A stretch of DNA of 63,638 nucleotides, the filler included, from Nemertoderma westbladi (lineage: Eukaryota; Animalia; Xenacoelomorpha), in assembly GCA_032718475.1 (NCBI GenBank). It is 3 parts of 3 records of this genome, joined end to end, with 100 filler letters (N's around TTAATTAATTAA, not from the genome) between each part and the next. Parts side by side here need not be neighbours in the genome. Positions count along the whole stretch, not along the records: positions 1 to 30,188 come from JAUCBJ010003707.1; positions 30,289 to 55,283 come from JAUCBJ010004853.1; 1 more part is not named here. One strand, 5' to 3'. Positions 22,313-33,300 of this stretch are shown one piece after another. The position numbers and the translations under genes are program-made. Position 1 is the first letter of the stretch, and the number at the start of each line of letters is the position of its first letter. Below the pieces are notes generated by a model, which did no database searches, had not been told where the DNA came from, and saw nothing but the letters and a program-made list of their open reading frames with translations.

Positions 22313-23777
22313 ACCTTTACTTGTGATAGCGGTACCGTGTACCGTCTGTACCGTGTACAGCTCAAGGATGGATTATTGGGGCATTTGAAATTCTGAAACA
22401 CAGCGTTTGTAGGGTCCAAACCCCTACAAACTGTTATCTCGCCCTACTTTCGGATATATTTCAATATTCCACAGTTCCAAGATTTCTAATGCTGTAATGT
22501 TGACCTACAGTTTGGTTGTTGATGTTGGTGCTTATTGCTATAGACCTATTGCCGATATTATTGAACCACAATAATTATTACTGGAGACAGCTCCTAGGTT
22601 GGGGGCCAATTATTATCAAACCGGTGAGTTTTTGGAGTTATTTATAAACCTCTTGGGTATAACCTAATTAAAGCTTGATATCATAATAACCTCCCACGTT
22701 AGATAGGCCTAGGTAGCAAGTTCATTGACCTCAATTATAGACACCATTTATCCGTTTGTGAGCGAGATAGTTTTCTCGAATTCAAGTTACAACGCCCATG
22801 ACAGCATGACCCCCCTTTATTGCGTAATCGCAGCCATGCAAAGTCGTTCCATCCTTCTGAGAAATCACATTGTTAAAATCGACTTTGACATTTCAGAATT
22901 TCAATTTTTCACAGTCTTTGCTTGTCATTCGTATAGTTCTATATCGGTATAGTGGCCTATAGATCTATGCATCACTAGGCCTACTAATAATCTTTATACC
23001 CAAAATTTGCATTGGAATTAATTTTCTCCATATTTTGTAGACCTACCGTTACTATACTGCCATATGTTGTTAAATGGTGGTAGGCTACATGGTATCTATC
23101 TCAATATATACTGATATACCCTACTTCACTACTTGTCAGCTTGTATGACGTAGGCCTGGTTATATCTGTATATAGCTTACTAGAGTTATACTGTTATACC
23201 GGTGCTAACAAAACTAACTGCCAGACTGCCTACCTGTAATCAAGCTGTCAAGTAGGCCTACCGTATATACCGGTAATTACCGTAATTATCTGGCCTATCA
23301 GCCTATATACTTTATATAGGCATACCGGTACAGTATTTGACATACAAGCATACAGACATTGTTCAGAGTTGAGCTTTGCAGTCTCCATGGTTCGTTAGTT
23401 GTGGGATCTTCCTCACTTCTAGCAGATCACAGGAGCAGTTCTGTAGTGGTAGTGCACCCAAGTCGGTGTGTGTCTGTCTGCTGGTCTGTGAATTTATGAA
23501 TTTAATTCATTACAAATTCCGAAAATTCAATATTTATTATATAAATATATATATACCGGTCCCAGTTTATAATAAATTTGTACCGGTAATTTAATTCCAA
23601 AATTTCTACCATAGTCTGATAGTCTAATAGTACTACTGAAAGTGTAACAGCTACAGCAGTAGGCCTACAACAAATGTATATATATCAGTATAGGCCTACT
23701 GGTAAATAAACTTATACCTGTCAGCCTGCAGTTCCCTCAGCATAATACCATATCATTCTGTTCCTATTTAATATAAA

Positions 23778-26700
23778 ATGAGTACCCAATCCACACACAG
23801 TAAGAAAGGTATGAAATCTACACAAAGCAAGGAGAATGTAGACCAAGATAGTACACTCAGTGGTAACCTTTCACAGGCACAATCAGATTCTTATCTTGGA
23901 GGAGCTACTTCCCAAGATTCGAAGGAAATTTTGACTAGTCTGAATGCATTAGGTATTTCCACCACTTCTTTAGAAGGGGAAGGTTGGCGTAGAGTGGTTG
24001 GTGGTCTTTTTAGTCGTTTCACACGTCGTGTAAATGAGATCCTGAAAATTTTGGAAGATCAAACTGCTCAAGTGGATCCTGAATCTGTTAAGGGGTTTCC
24101 AGATGAAATTCAAATAATAATAGACAAACGGAAGCATCTAAGTTATACATTGCGTAGGTTTGCCATTTTATCAGCACGTGAACCGCTTCGGCTATATCTA
24201 GAACAGTCAGATACTTTGTTTAATGAGTTAGTCGAACATTTTCAAACTTTGGTAGCACCAGTTTATTGTCCACAGGTTGATATTTCAGTCAATAAGGTTG
24301 CAGACTTAACACTTTGCCCAGATGACAGTATTTCTCAGACTTCATCAAATTCCCAGAGGAGTCAGGCTAGTTCTACAGTGCGTGCCCGAATCGAGGCTGA
24401 GCGCAAATTAGATGCAGAGAAATTGGAACGAGTGAAGAAGTTAGCAAACCTAAAATTAAAGCAGGCTGCTACCCAGATAAAAGCGCAAGAGGAGATAAAT
24501 GCTACATTGGATGAAATTGCCCAACGGGAGACTGTGCGAATCACTGAGCTCAGTTCACCATCATCTCATTCCAACCACACATCAGAACAAAGGTGTCAAT
24601 CTCCAGTCTCACAACCTTTGGAATTCAATCCATTACTGTCCTCTACACAGGTGCAAAATCCCATGAAGGCAAATATGGATCCATCAGTACAGCCATTGTC
24701 AGTTCAACCACCAAATCATACACCGCGTATGCTGTTAAATCCCAATGTGAACCCCTTCCCACCATTGAAGCTCCAACAACGAGGTAATTATCGGGTTCAG
24801 GAACCTAACCCTAATCCAACACGACGATTATATACTTCAGCACCAGATGATCACCATATCTCCAGTGTTAATCCACAGGGAAGGATTCCTCCTACCAGTG
24901 GTCTGGTCAAACCTCCATATAATGTACCTACGAAGTCAAATGTCATTCAAAATCAGCCAACTAGGCCTCGGATGCCTTCCCAGGATGTACGATTATCCCC
25001 ATCACAAAAAGGTGAAGTTTATCCACGGAAAGAGTTCTTTAATTCGAATTTGCATCATCACCCACCTCGTAGTTCTCCTCCACGGCATCCACCATTTCAG
25101 TCAGCACCTGTTTCTTTATCTAGAGGTTCATTTGACTCCCAACCCCACCAATCAAGACATTTTACACATCCAGAGGAATCTGTGCACCAGTATGACAGAT
25201 CAGAACGTGATTACCGACCTTCCTATCCATCCTATCATGTAACTGAATCTTCACAGCCGGTACAATTTGCACCCCCTGCACATTCCTCCTATCCTGGCCA
25301 AGAACTATGGACGACTCGGCCATCCAACCTTAATACAACTTTAGAACAAACAAGTATGCGAATCCTTTCACAAGCTGAGATTAGTCGGTTCCTTCCACAA
25401 CCAAAATTTGTTACCTTTAAAGGAGAGCCAGAGAACTGGCCTACCTTTTTTCAATATTTTACTTCAACTGTTCTTAGTCGAGAGTTATCTTCCTTAGAAA
25501 ATCTTAATTATTTATTATCTGCTACATCCGGTCCGCCGCACCTTATGGTAGAGCAGCATATTGGGATTCCAAATGGCTTTGAAGGGGCTTGGGAGAAACT
25601 CAAGAAGCGTTACGGTAATCCTAGGTGGCTTGCACAAACTCTTTACCGGCAAGCAATCAACTACCCTACCCTTAAAGGTAGCCATGATGTGATTCCCTAC
25701 TTTGATACATTAGAAAGGATAGTAACTCAGCTCACTACAATTGGCCAAGTTAATGAGCTCGATAATGCTGCTGTCTTATCTATTTTAGTTCAGAAGTTGC
25801 ATGGACCTAGTGAAGGACGTTGGTACAAGGTAGTCAAAAGGCTGGTCTACCCTGATTCCTGTCGAGTTAGCCCTCGTTCTGAGAAACTTGCAGATTTCAT
25901 GAAATTCCTAGAATCTGAAGTGGATTTGGCGGAGTGTAGTGGTGCACCATCTACTTCTTATTGGACAACAAAGAATGTACACTGTCAACAGCCTAGAATC
26001 GAGTCACGGCCTTCTTTCCGTTGGAAACCAAAACCTGCAGTTGAGGCAGCGCTACCTGCTTCTACAATTATTGTATCTGACGAATCTGCAGATTGTAATG
26101 CAGAGGAGAGTGCATGTGCTGTTTTTGATCATAAACAACAGATGCCTTCTAAACTGGGTTCCTCTGTCCCAAAATTAAAATCATCGACCTTCAAAGATTA
26201 TTCTGGTCTTTCCAAGTGTCCACGGTGTAAGACTGGATCACACTATTTAGCTCGATGTGAACCCTTCCTCAAAGATGATATAACCCAACGACGTGAATTC
26301 GTTTTGAAACAAAGTTTGTGTTTTAATTGTCTTCGCTCTGGACATACAGTAGGTGACTGTACCTCTCCTGTTAGTTGCAAAGTTTGTAAGCACCACCATC
26401 ATACTTCATTATGCCGAGACCCAAGTTCATCTACTGCTGTAGCAGTTCTTCTTGCAGAACTCGTTGATGAGTCAGCTTCATATTCACCCAAGGATATGTA
26501 TGAAAAGGACACTGAAGCTGATGTATATGTAGCTGGGGAGGTTGATTCGTCTCTTGCCAAATCTTTTCTGAAGAAGCAGCGAAGTATTCGTGAATATCCA
26601 ATCCTACCAGTTAAAGTTGTCGGAAATGGTGTTGAGCATAAATGTTATGCTCTTCTTGATACTGGGAGCACTGCCACCTTTGTGGATGAATCTATCTTTG

Positions 26701-29700
26701 ATCGTATATTCCCTGAATCTGATGCTTTACAGCTAACCTTGAAGGGTATTTCTGGAGAATCATTTGTTGGGACTCGTAAGGCCTTTGGAACAATTTGTTC
26801 GGCTGATGACTCCTGTTCTGCCTCTCTGAATCAGGTACGAATGGTTCGTCTTAAGTTTGGCCAGACTTGCGGAAGAGTTTATGATTGGTCTATAGATCCA
26901 TTTCCTGCCAAAGTTGGTATACCTGTAGTCTCTCTTCCTGATCCCTCTGTAGTAATGATTATCGGGGGTAACTGCCCAGAGTTACGGATAGTGCTTGAGC
27001 AGCGGCCATCAAATCCTCAAGTGTATGATTCCCTAGCTACAAAATGTCTTCTTGGATGGTACTTTACAGGACCATCCAAAAGGACTTGTATAGAGCGTCA
27101 ATGGCCATCCTTACCTTCAGAATCATACGTTTTATCAGATAATACAGAATCTTCAGCCAATCTTTGGGATGAGGAAATATTACCAGAAGATACTTCTGAG
27201 ATGTTGCTCCATTTAGAGGATTATAGTCAGGAAGATGATTCTTTGGAAGCATTTCCAGATACTTGTTTCCACACTTTGATGGAAGAAACCCTACAACTTG
27301 TCAATACTGGGCTAGACCTGCAGCATGATGATGATAAATTTATCTTACAGGCATTGGACTACCGTGTCACCTGCTGGCTTGATAGCCAGAAACTTCAGCC
27401 ACGAGACCTAGAGAAGAGTAGCTCTGTGGAGGAGCGACGAGCTGCCGACATTCAGCGAACTACCCGTCGACTTTTGCCTGATGGGCATTATGAGATTGGT
27501 CTTCTATGGAGAAAACCTGAACCTCATCTTATCAATAATAAACCATTGGCCCTACGTAGGCTCAATTCTTTGAGATCACGTCTTCTTGCGCGTCCTGAGG
27601 TCAATAAGATGTATCACATTGAAATGGATAAACTAATAGATAATGGGTGGGCTGTGCGTATCCCAGATTCTTTACTTGAACCTACTCCGCGGACCTACTA
27701 CCTCCCTCATCATTTTGTGGTCAATCCAGAAAAACCTGGGAAAGTACGTGTTGTTAATGATTGCGCTGCTGTCTTTCGTGGTATGTCACTTAATAGTGAG
27801 CTCATGACTGGACCAAATTATCTTCGCAACATCATAGGTATTCTTCTCCGTTTTCGCATTTCAGCCATTGCATATATCGCCGACATAGAGGCAATGTTTA
27901 TGCAAGTACGAGTTAAGCCAATGGATAGAGATTCACTCCGATATTTGTGGTGGGAGAATAATGATATGTCTAGAGAACCAGTGGAATTTCAGATGTGTTC
28001 TCAAGCCTTTGGCATTACATCTTCACCTTCAAATGCAGGTTGTGCAGTAGTTGGTACTGTTGAGGACAATCAAGACCGCAAGGATGAGTTTGGAAGACCA
28101 TTCTACTCTCCAGAAGCTGCTAGCGTCTTGCTTCATGACATATATATGGATGACGTGATGAATTCCCAACCAACCATTGAACAAGCCATTACTGTGGCTC
28201 ATGAAGTTCGTCAAACACTCGCCTTGGGAGGTTTTAATTTGATCAAGTTTGCGAGTAACAGTGAACATTTCTTGCGATCCTTTGATCATAAACTGCGAAA
28301 GGATGCATCTATTGAACTTGGTGTAGATCCATTACCTACTACAAAGGCCCTCGGAATTCGATGGGATCCTGCAGAGGATATTCTTTTCTTCAAGGTTAAA
28401 TCATTTGAAGGCTCTGAAAGGACCAAGCGACTCTGCCTGTCGATCTTAGCCACCACCTTTGATCCTCTTGGATTGGTTGCTCCAGTCATCATGTCTGGTA
28501 AAATCCTTCTTAAGGATATTTGGACCCATGGATTAGATTGGGATGACAAACTCCCATTTGACTTACTAACACGTTGGAATAAGTGGGAAGGATCTCTTCA
28601 ACAGTTGAATACCCTGCGATTACCACGACATTATCTTCCAAATTTACAGTCTTCTTCTTCAATTGAACTTCATGTCTTTAGTGATGCCAGTTCCGAGGGC
28701 ATGGGAGCAGTTTCCTACCTTCGTTGGGAAGCAAATGATGAACCGGAAATCCGTACTGCATTACTCGGATGCAAGACACATATCATGCCATCCAAAAGGT
28801 TGACCATTCCTCGTGCAGAACTGCAAGCAGCCGTATATGGCATTGAGCTCGCAAAAACATTACACCAGGAACTCCCATGGCCAGAGGCCAAGGTTACCTT
28901 TTGGACTGATGCCTCACTTGTTCTTCAGTATTTGAATAATGAGACTGTGGAGTTTGTAATATTTGTTACAAATCGTGTACAGACAATCCTTTCATTCTCT
29001 TCTGTCAACCAGTGGAGACACGTACCAGGGGAAATAAATCCTGCTGATGCTGCATCTCGTGGACTATATGGTGATAAACTCCTATCCAGTAATCTTTGGT
29101 TTCAAGGTCCAGAATTTCTTCGACAGTCTTCTAATTGTTGGCCCGCTGCACTTTCAGATGTCACTCTTGGCAAGGGAGCGGAATTGAAGGAGAAGTTGCC
29201 AAAGTTGAGTCGAGCTGGTAATGACAATATTTTGCAGGTCAAGATATCCAGTCTGGATAATTTACTTCAGATAGTTTTCCCCTCATCCACTAATGAGGCT
29301 TTTCCAGATATCTCTAATGGAGTTTCATCAGTTCTCTCTCGTTTCATCGACCATTATAGATCATTTGGTAAATTAGTTCGTGCTATCACCTGGCTGAAGC
29401 GTCTAGCTCATTGGCACTTTAGTAGAAACCCTCGTAAGATTACTGAGCAGAATAAGAAGGTTGTCATGTTACCTGAGGAAAATATTACAAATGTCACAAC
29501 CATAAGACCTAACCTCAAGAAAAGGGTTTCATTTAAGGGAATACCTCACCCTGAACCTCTTGCTTTAGCCAGCACAAGACGTCAGCTATTGCGTTTCATC
29601 CAACTCCGCTCTGTTCCGGAGAAATATCATAAGTTACAGACTTTACAGCAGACATTTATCCCTGACAAGTTCCATGCTGTGATGCATAATGGTCTCATGC

Positions 29701-29753
29701 GAGTTGGGAGCCGGACTACCCAAAGAGGTGAGGTCTCTATAGGGGTGGTCTGA
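23778..29753 (+). CDS. BEL/Pao gag-pol polyprotein (Gag, zinc knuckles, protease, RT, RNase H), truncated before integrase
   Basis: 1991-aa open ORF: FKGEPENWPTF, CFNCLRSGHTVGDC, LLDTGS, YLPHH, ADIEAMFMQV, YMDD, FDPLG, HVFSDAS, TIPRAEL, FWTDAS, NPADAASRG; homology ends near GLMRVGSR (~29710). Confidence 0.95.
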   Translation: MSTQSTHSKKGMKSTQSKENVDQDSTLSGNLSQAQSDSYLGGATSQDSKEILTSLNALGISTTSLEGEGWRRVVGGLFSRFTRRVNEILKILEDQTAQVDPESVKGFPDEIQIIIDKRKHLSYTLRRFAILSAREPLRLYLEQSDTLFNELVEHFQTLVAPVYCPQVDISVNKVADLTLCPDDSISQTSSNSQRSQASSTVRARIEAERKLDAEKLERVKKLANLKLKQAATQIKAQEEINATLDEIAQRETVRITELSSPSSHSNHTSEQRCQSPVSQPLEFNPLLSSTQVQNPMKANMDPSVQPLSVQPPNHTPRMLLNPNVNPFPPLKLQQRGNYRVQEPNPNPTRRLYTSAPDDHHISSVNPQGRIPPTSGLVKPPYNVPTKSNVIQNQPTRPRMPSQDVRLSPSQKGEVYPRKEFFNSNLHHHPPRSSPPRHPPFQSAPVSLSRGSFDSQPHQSRHFTHPEESVHQYDRSERDYRPSYPSYHVTESSQPVQFAPPAHSSYPGQELWTTRPSNLNTTLEQTSMRILSQAEISRFLPQPKFVTFKGEPENWPTFFQYFTSTVLSRELSSLENLNYLLSATSGPPHLMVEQHIGIPNGFEGAWEKLKKRYGNPRWLAQTLYRQAINYPTLKGSHDVIPYFDTLERIVTQLTTIGQVNELDNAAVLSILVQKLHGPSEGRWYKVVKRLVYPDSCRVSPRSEKLADFMKFLESEVDLAECSGAPSTSYWTTKNVHCQQPRIESRPSFRWKPKPAVEAALPASTIIVSDESADCNAEESACAVFDHKQQMPSKLGSSVPKLKSSTFKDYSGLSKCPRCKTGSHYLARCEPFLKDDITQRREFVLKQSLCFNCLRSGHTVGDCTSPVSCKVCKHHHHTSLCRDPSSSTAVAVLLAELVDESASYSPKDMYEKDTEADVYVAGEVDSSLAKSFLKKQRSIREYPILPVKVVGNGVEHKCYALLDTGSTATFVDESIFDRIFPESDALQLTLKGISGESFVGTRKAFGTICSADDSCSASLNQVRMVRLKFGQTCGRVYDWSIDPFPAKVGIPVVSLPDPSVVMIIGGNCPELRIVLEQRPSNPQVYDSLATKCLLGWYFTGPSKRTCIERQWPSLPSESYVLSDNTESSANLWDEEILPEDTSEMLLHLEDYSQEDDSLEAFPDTCFHTLMEETLQLVNTGLDLQHDDDKFILQALDYRVTCWLDSQKLQPRDLEKSSSVEERRAADIQRTTRRLLPDGHYEIGLLWRKPEPHLINNKPLALRRLNSLRSRLLARPEVNKMYHIEMDKLIDNGWAVRIPDSLLEPTPRTYYLPHHFVVNPEKPGKVRVVNDCAAVFRGMSLNSELMTGPNYLRNIIGILLRFRISAIAYIADIEAMFMQVRVKPMDRDSLRYLWWENNDMSREPVEFQMCSQAFGITSSPSNAGCAVVGTVEDNQDRKDEFGRPFYSPEAASVLLHDIYMDDVMNSQPTIEQAITVAHEVRQTLALGGFNLIKFASNSEHFLRSFDHKLRKDASIELGVDPLPTTKALGIRWDPAEDILFFKVKSFEGSERTKRLCLSILATTFDPLGLVAPVIMSGKILLKDIWTHGLDWDDKLPFDLLTRWNKWEGSLQQLNTLRLPRHYLPNLQSSSSIELHVFSDASSEGMGAVSYLRWEANDEPEIRTALLGCKTHIMPSKRLTIPRAELQAAVYGIELAKTLHQELPWPEAKVTFWTDASLVLQYLNNETVEFVIFVTNRVQTILSFSSVNQWRHVPGEINPADAASRGLYGDKLLSSNLWFQGPEFLRQSSNCWPAALSDVTLGKGAELKEKLPKLSRAGNDNILQVKISSLDNLLQIVFPSSTNEAFPDISNGVSSVLSRFIDHYRSFGKLVRAITWLKRLAHWHFSRNPRKITEQNKKVVMLPEENITNVTTIRPNLKKRVSFKGIPHPEPLALASTRRQLLRFIQLRSVPEKYHKLQTLQQTFIPDKFHAVMHNGLMRVGSRTTQRGEVSIGVV

Positions 29754-30188
29754 ACAGGCGGCGGCGGACTCGTGAGGGTCTAGGGGCACGTTAAACCGCT
29801 TCCTAAGTGCAAGGGAGATACTTAAGGCCCTCGTGTCTAACGAACCATGAATTGCCATGGTGCCGTGGTACCGTCTAGTCGGCATGTTGCCGTACTGCCA
29901 GTCCTGTACACAGTAGGGGTGGTGGCATGGCGTGATTTGTGGCTCATGTGGCGTGAACTATGTTTTGTATGTGGGCGATCAGTGGCAGTTTGCTTGGGGC
30001 TTGGATGGTTCCATTGACCGTCAGCTGTTCCGTTTTTTTGATACTATATGTTATTGTCTCCATGTTCAGCTGATTGGTCTTTGGTGGCATTGGAAAAACC
30101 GTCGGGTCTTGAGTTTTCTGTTGCTGTGGGTACGTGAGTACACGTGATTGTATGTGTGGCCACTGCGAGTGGGTATGGGAACCCTTGC

Positions 30189-30288
30189 NNNNNNNNNNNN
30201 NNNNNNNNNNNNNNNNNNNNNNNNNNNNNNNNTTAATTAATTAANNNNNNNNNNNNNNNNNNNNNNNNNNNNNNNNNNNNNNNNNNNN
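30189..30288. other. Artificial contig linker (N run with TTAATTAATTAA)
   Basis: 100-nt block of N's with a six-frame-stop spacer in the middle. Confidence 0.97.
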
Positions 30289-30361
30289 CCAAGATTTGCT
30301 CCCAGTTATTTAACTGGTACTCATTTATTATGTACGTATTTAAAATAGTTAGTTGGTTTAC

Positions 30362-33300
30362 CTGGTGGTGTGTCGTGAGTTTCGTGGGAGAAGTTAGACG
30401 ACTGGGTGTAAGTTCGAGGATGGAAACCTGCGGTAAACATTACGATAATTTATTATCACCTTGATTTACATCGCCCTGCTCTCTAATACGCTAGCAGACG
30501 GGTAGGTGTAAAACGCGGATCCGGATCCGGATCCGGATTCAGGATCCGGATACGGATCAGGACCCGGATTTGCGAGTGTAAAAGGCGGATCCGGATTTAC
30601 ATACAATCCGTAACTGAGTGTAATATGCGGATTCTGAAATACGCAATCCGTATTGCAGTGTAAAACGCGGATTCATATATTTTGTGAATCCGGGATGGAG
30701 TGTAAAACACGGATTTACGTTAATTACCAAGTTTTATTGGATCCGGAATGGAGTGTAAAATACGGATTTACGTTAATTACCAAGTTTTATTGGATCCGGA
30801 ATGGAGTGTAAAACACGGATTTTCGTTAATTACCAAGTTTTGTTGGATCCGGAATGGAGTGTAAAACACGGATTTTCGTTAATTACCAAGTTTTGTTGGA
30901 TCCGGAATGGAGTGTAAAACACGGATTTTCGTGAATTACCAAGATTTATTGAATCCGGAATGGAGTGTAAAACACGGATTTACGTTAATTACCAAGTTTT
31001 GTTGGATCCGGAATGGAGTGTAAAACACGGATTTACGTTAATTACCAAGTTTTATTGGATCCGGAATGGAGTGTAAAACACGGATTTATGTTAATTACCA
31101 AGTTTTATTGGATCCGGAATGGAGTGTAAAACACGGATTTTCGTTAATTACCAAGTTTTGTTGGATCCGGAATGGAGTGTAAAACACGGATTTTCGTGAA
31201 TTACCAAGATTTATTGAATCCGGAATGGAGTGTAAAACACGGATTTACGTTAATTACCAAGTTTTAATGGATCCGGAAAGGGGTGTAAAACGCGGATTCA
31301 ATTTATTTACCAAGTGTTACTAGATCCGGGAAGGGGTGTAAAACGCGGATTGATTCAGGTTAATTATAAAGTGTTACTGGATCCGGGAAGGGGTGTAAAA
31401 CACGGATTTACGTTAATTACCAAGTTTTATTGGATCCGGAATGGAGTGTAAAACACGGATTTATGTTAATTACCAAGTTTTGTTGGATCCGGAACGGAGT
31501 GTAAAACACGGATTTACGTTAATTACCAAGTTTTAATGGATCCGGAAAGGGGTGTAAAACGCGGATTCAATTTATTTACCAAGTGTTACTAGATCCGGGA
31601 AGGGGTGTAAAATGCGGATTTACGTTAATTACTGAGTTTGTTAATGAGGGACACAACTATTAATGAGGTACACACATTAATGAGGGACACAAACATTAAT
31701 GGGGGACACCTTAATAGTTAATAGACACCTTAATAATTTGTCTATGTCTAGGGGCCACACATAAGCTTAATCCGGCTCTGGGGGACACCTTAATAGGGGT
31801 CAATGCTTCCCAATGAATTATTAATAAGGGCGATGGTGATGTTTGGCCGTCAGACATTATTAGATATTGATTAGCTGAAAAACTATACTACCGTGGGAAC
31901 GTGACCTCTCTGGTAGAGCAGCTCTGTAGACAATTGTATGGTAGGATTACTGTCCTGTTCCCTGATTGGCTTATCCATCCCAACCTCCCTTACAAACAAG
32001 AATCACTGTTCTGCCTAGCTGGCGGTAGTTTGTACTGCATCATAGCGTCTTCTATTTAAGGCCTTGCAAGCTTGCTGCCTTCCTAATTTATGGAGGCTGA
32101 ACTGTTCAGTATAATTTCTTATTTAATTTCATATTAAACATGGATGACAGTGATGACTTTGTAAAGGTTCCATTTACGGGATTCGTTATTCCGAGTCCAA
32201 CCAATGATACAGCCATTGTTGAGCCGCTTGAACTCACTACCCAAACATCGTGCACCCCGAGCCCGGAGAAGAAAAAAACCAGGAAAGTCAGCAAGCCAAG
32301 AAAAGTTACTAAAGAACAATAAACATTGCACTAATTAATAATTGTAACTAGATGAGGGTCTGGGTCTTTATTGCATATGCGTTTTATAAATTGTTCATTA
32401 AAACTTACTAATTAACTTGAATCCGCGTTTTACACCCCTTCCCGGATCCAATAAAACTTGGTAATTAACATAAATCCGTGTTTTACACTCCATTCCGGAT
32501 CCAATAAAACTTGGTAATTAACATAAATCCGTGTTTTACACTCCGTTCCGGATCCAATAAAACTTGGTAATTAACGTAAATCCGTGTTTTACACTCCATT
32601 CCGGATCCAATAAAACTTGGTAATTAACGTAAATCCGTGTTTTACACTCCGTTCCGGATCCAATAAAACTTGGTAATTAACGTAAATCCGTGTTTTACAC
32701 TCCATTCCGGATCCAATAAAACTTGGTAATTACCGTAAATCCGTATTTTACACTCCATTCCGGATCCAATAAAACTTGGTAATTAACGTAAATCCGTATT
32801 TTACACTCCATTCCGGATCCAATAAAACTTGGTAATTAACGTAAATCCGTGTTTTACACTCCATTCCGGATCCAATAAAACTTGGTAATTAACGTAAATC
32901 CGTGTTTTACACTCCATTCCGGATCCAATAAAACTTGGTAATTAACGTAAATCCGTATTTTACACTCCATTCCGGATCCAATAAAACTTGGTAATTAACG
33001 TAAATCCGTATTTTACACTCCATTCCGGATCCAATAAAACTTGGTAATTAACGTAAATCCGTGTTTTACACTCCATTCCGGATCCAATAAAACTTGATAA
33101 TTAACGTAAATCCGTGTTTTACACTCCATTCCGGATCCAATAAAACTTAGTAATTAACGCAAATCCGCGTTTTACACCCCTTCCCGGATCCAATAAAACT
33201 TGGTAATTAACTAGAATCCGCGTTTTACACCCCTTCCCGGATCCAATAAAACATGGTAATTAACTTGAATCCGCGTTTTACACTCCATTCCGGATCCAAT

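Noticed and set aside
30189-30288. Physical linkage between the TE nest, RyR and TMEM17
   Set aside because: The segments are separated by artificial TTAATTAATTAA linkers, so adjacency cannot be assumed.
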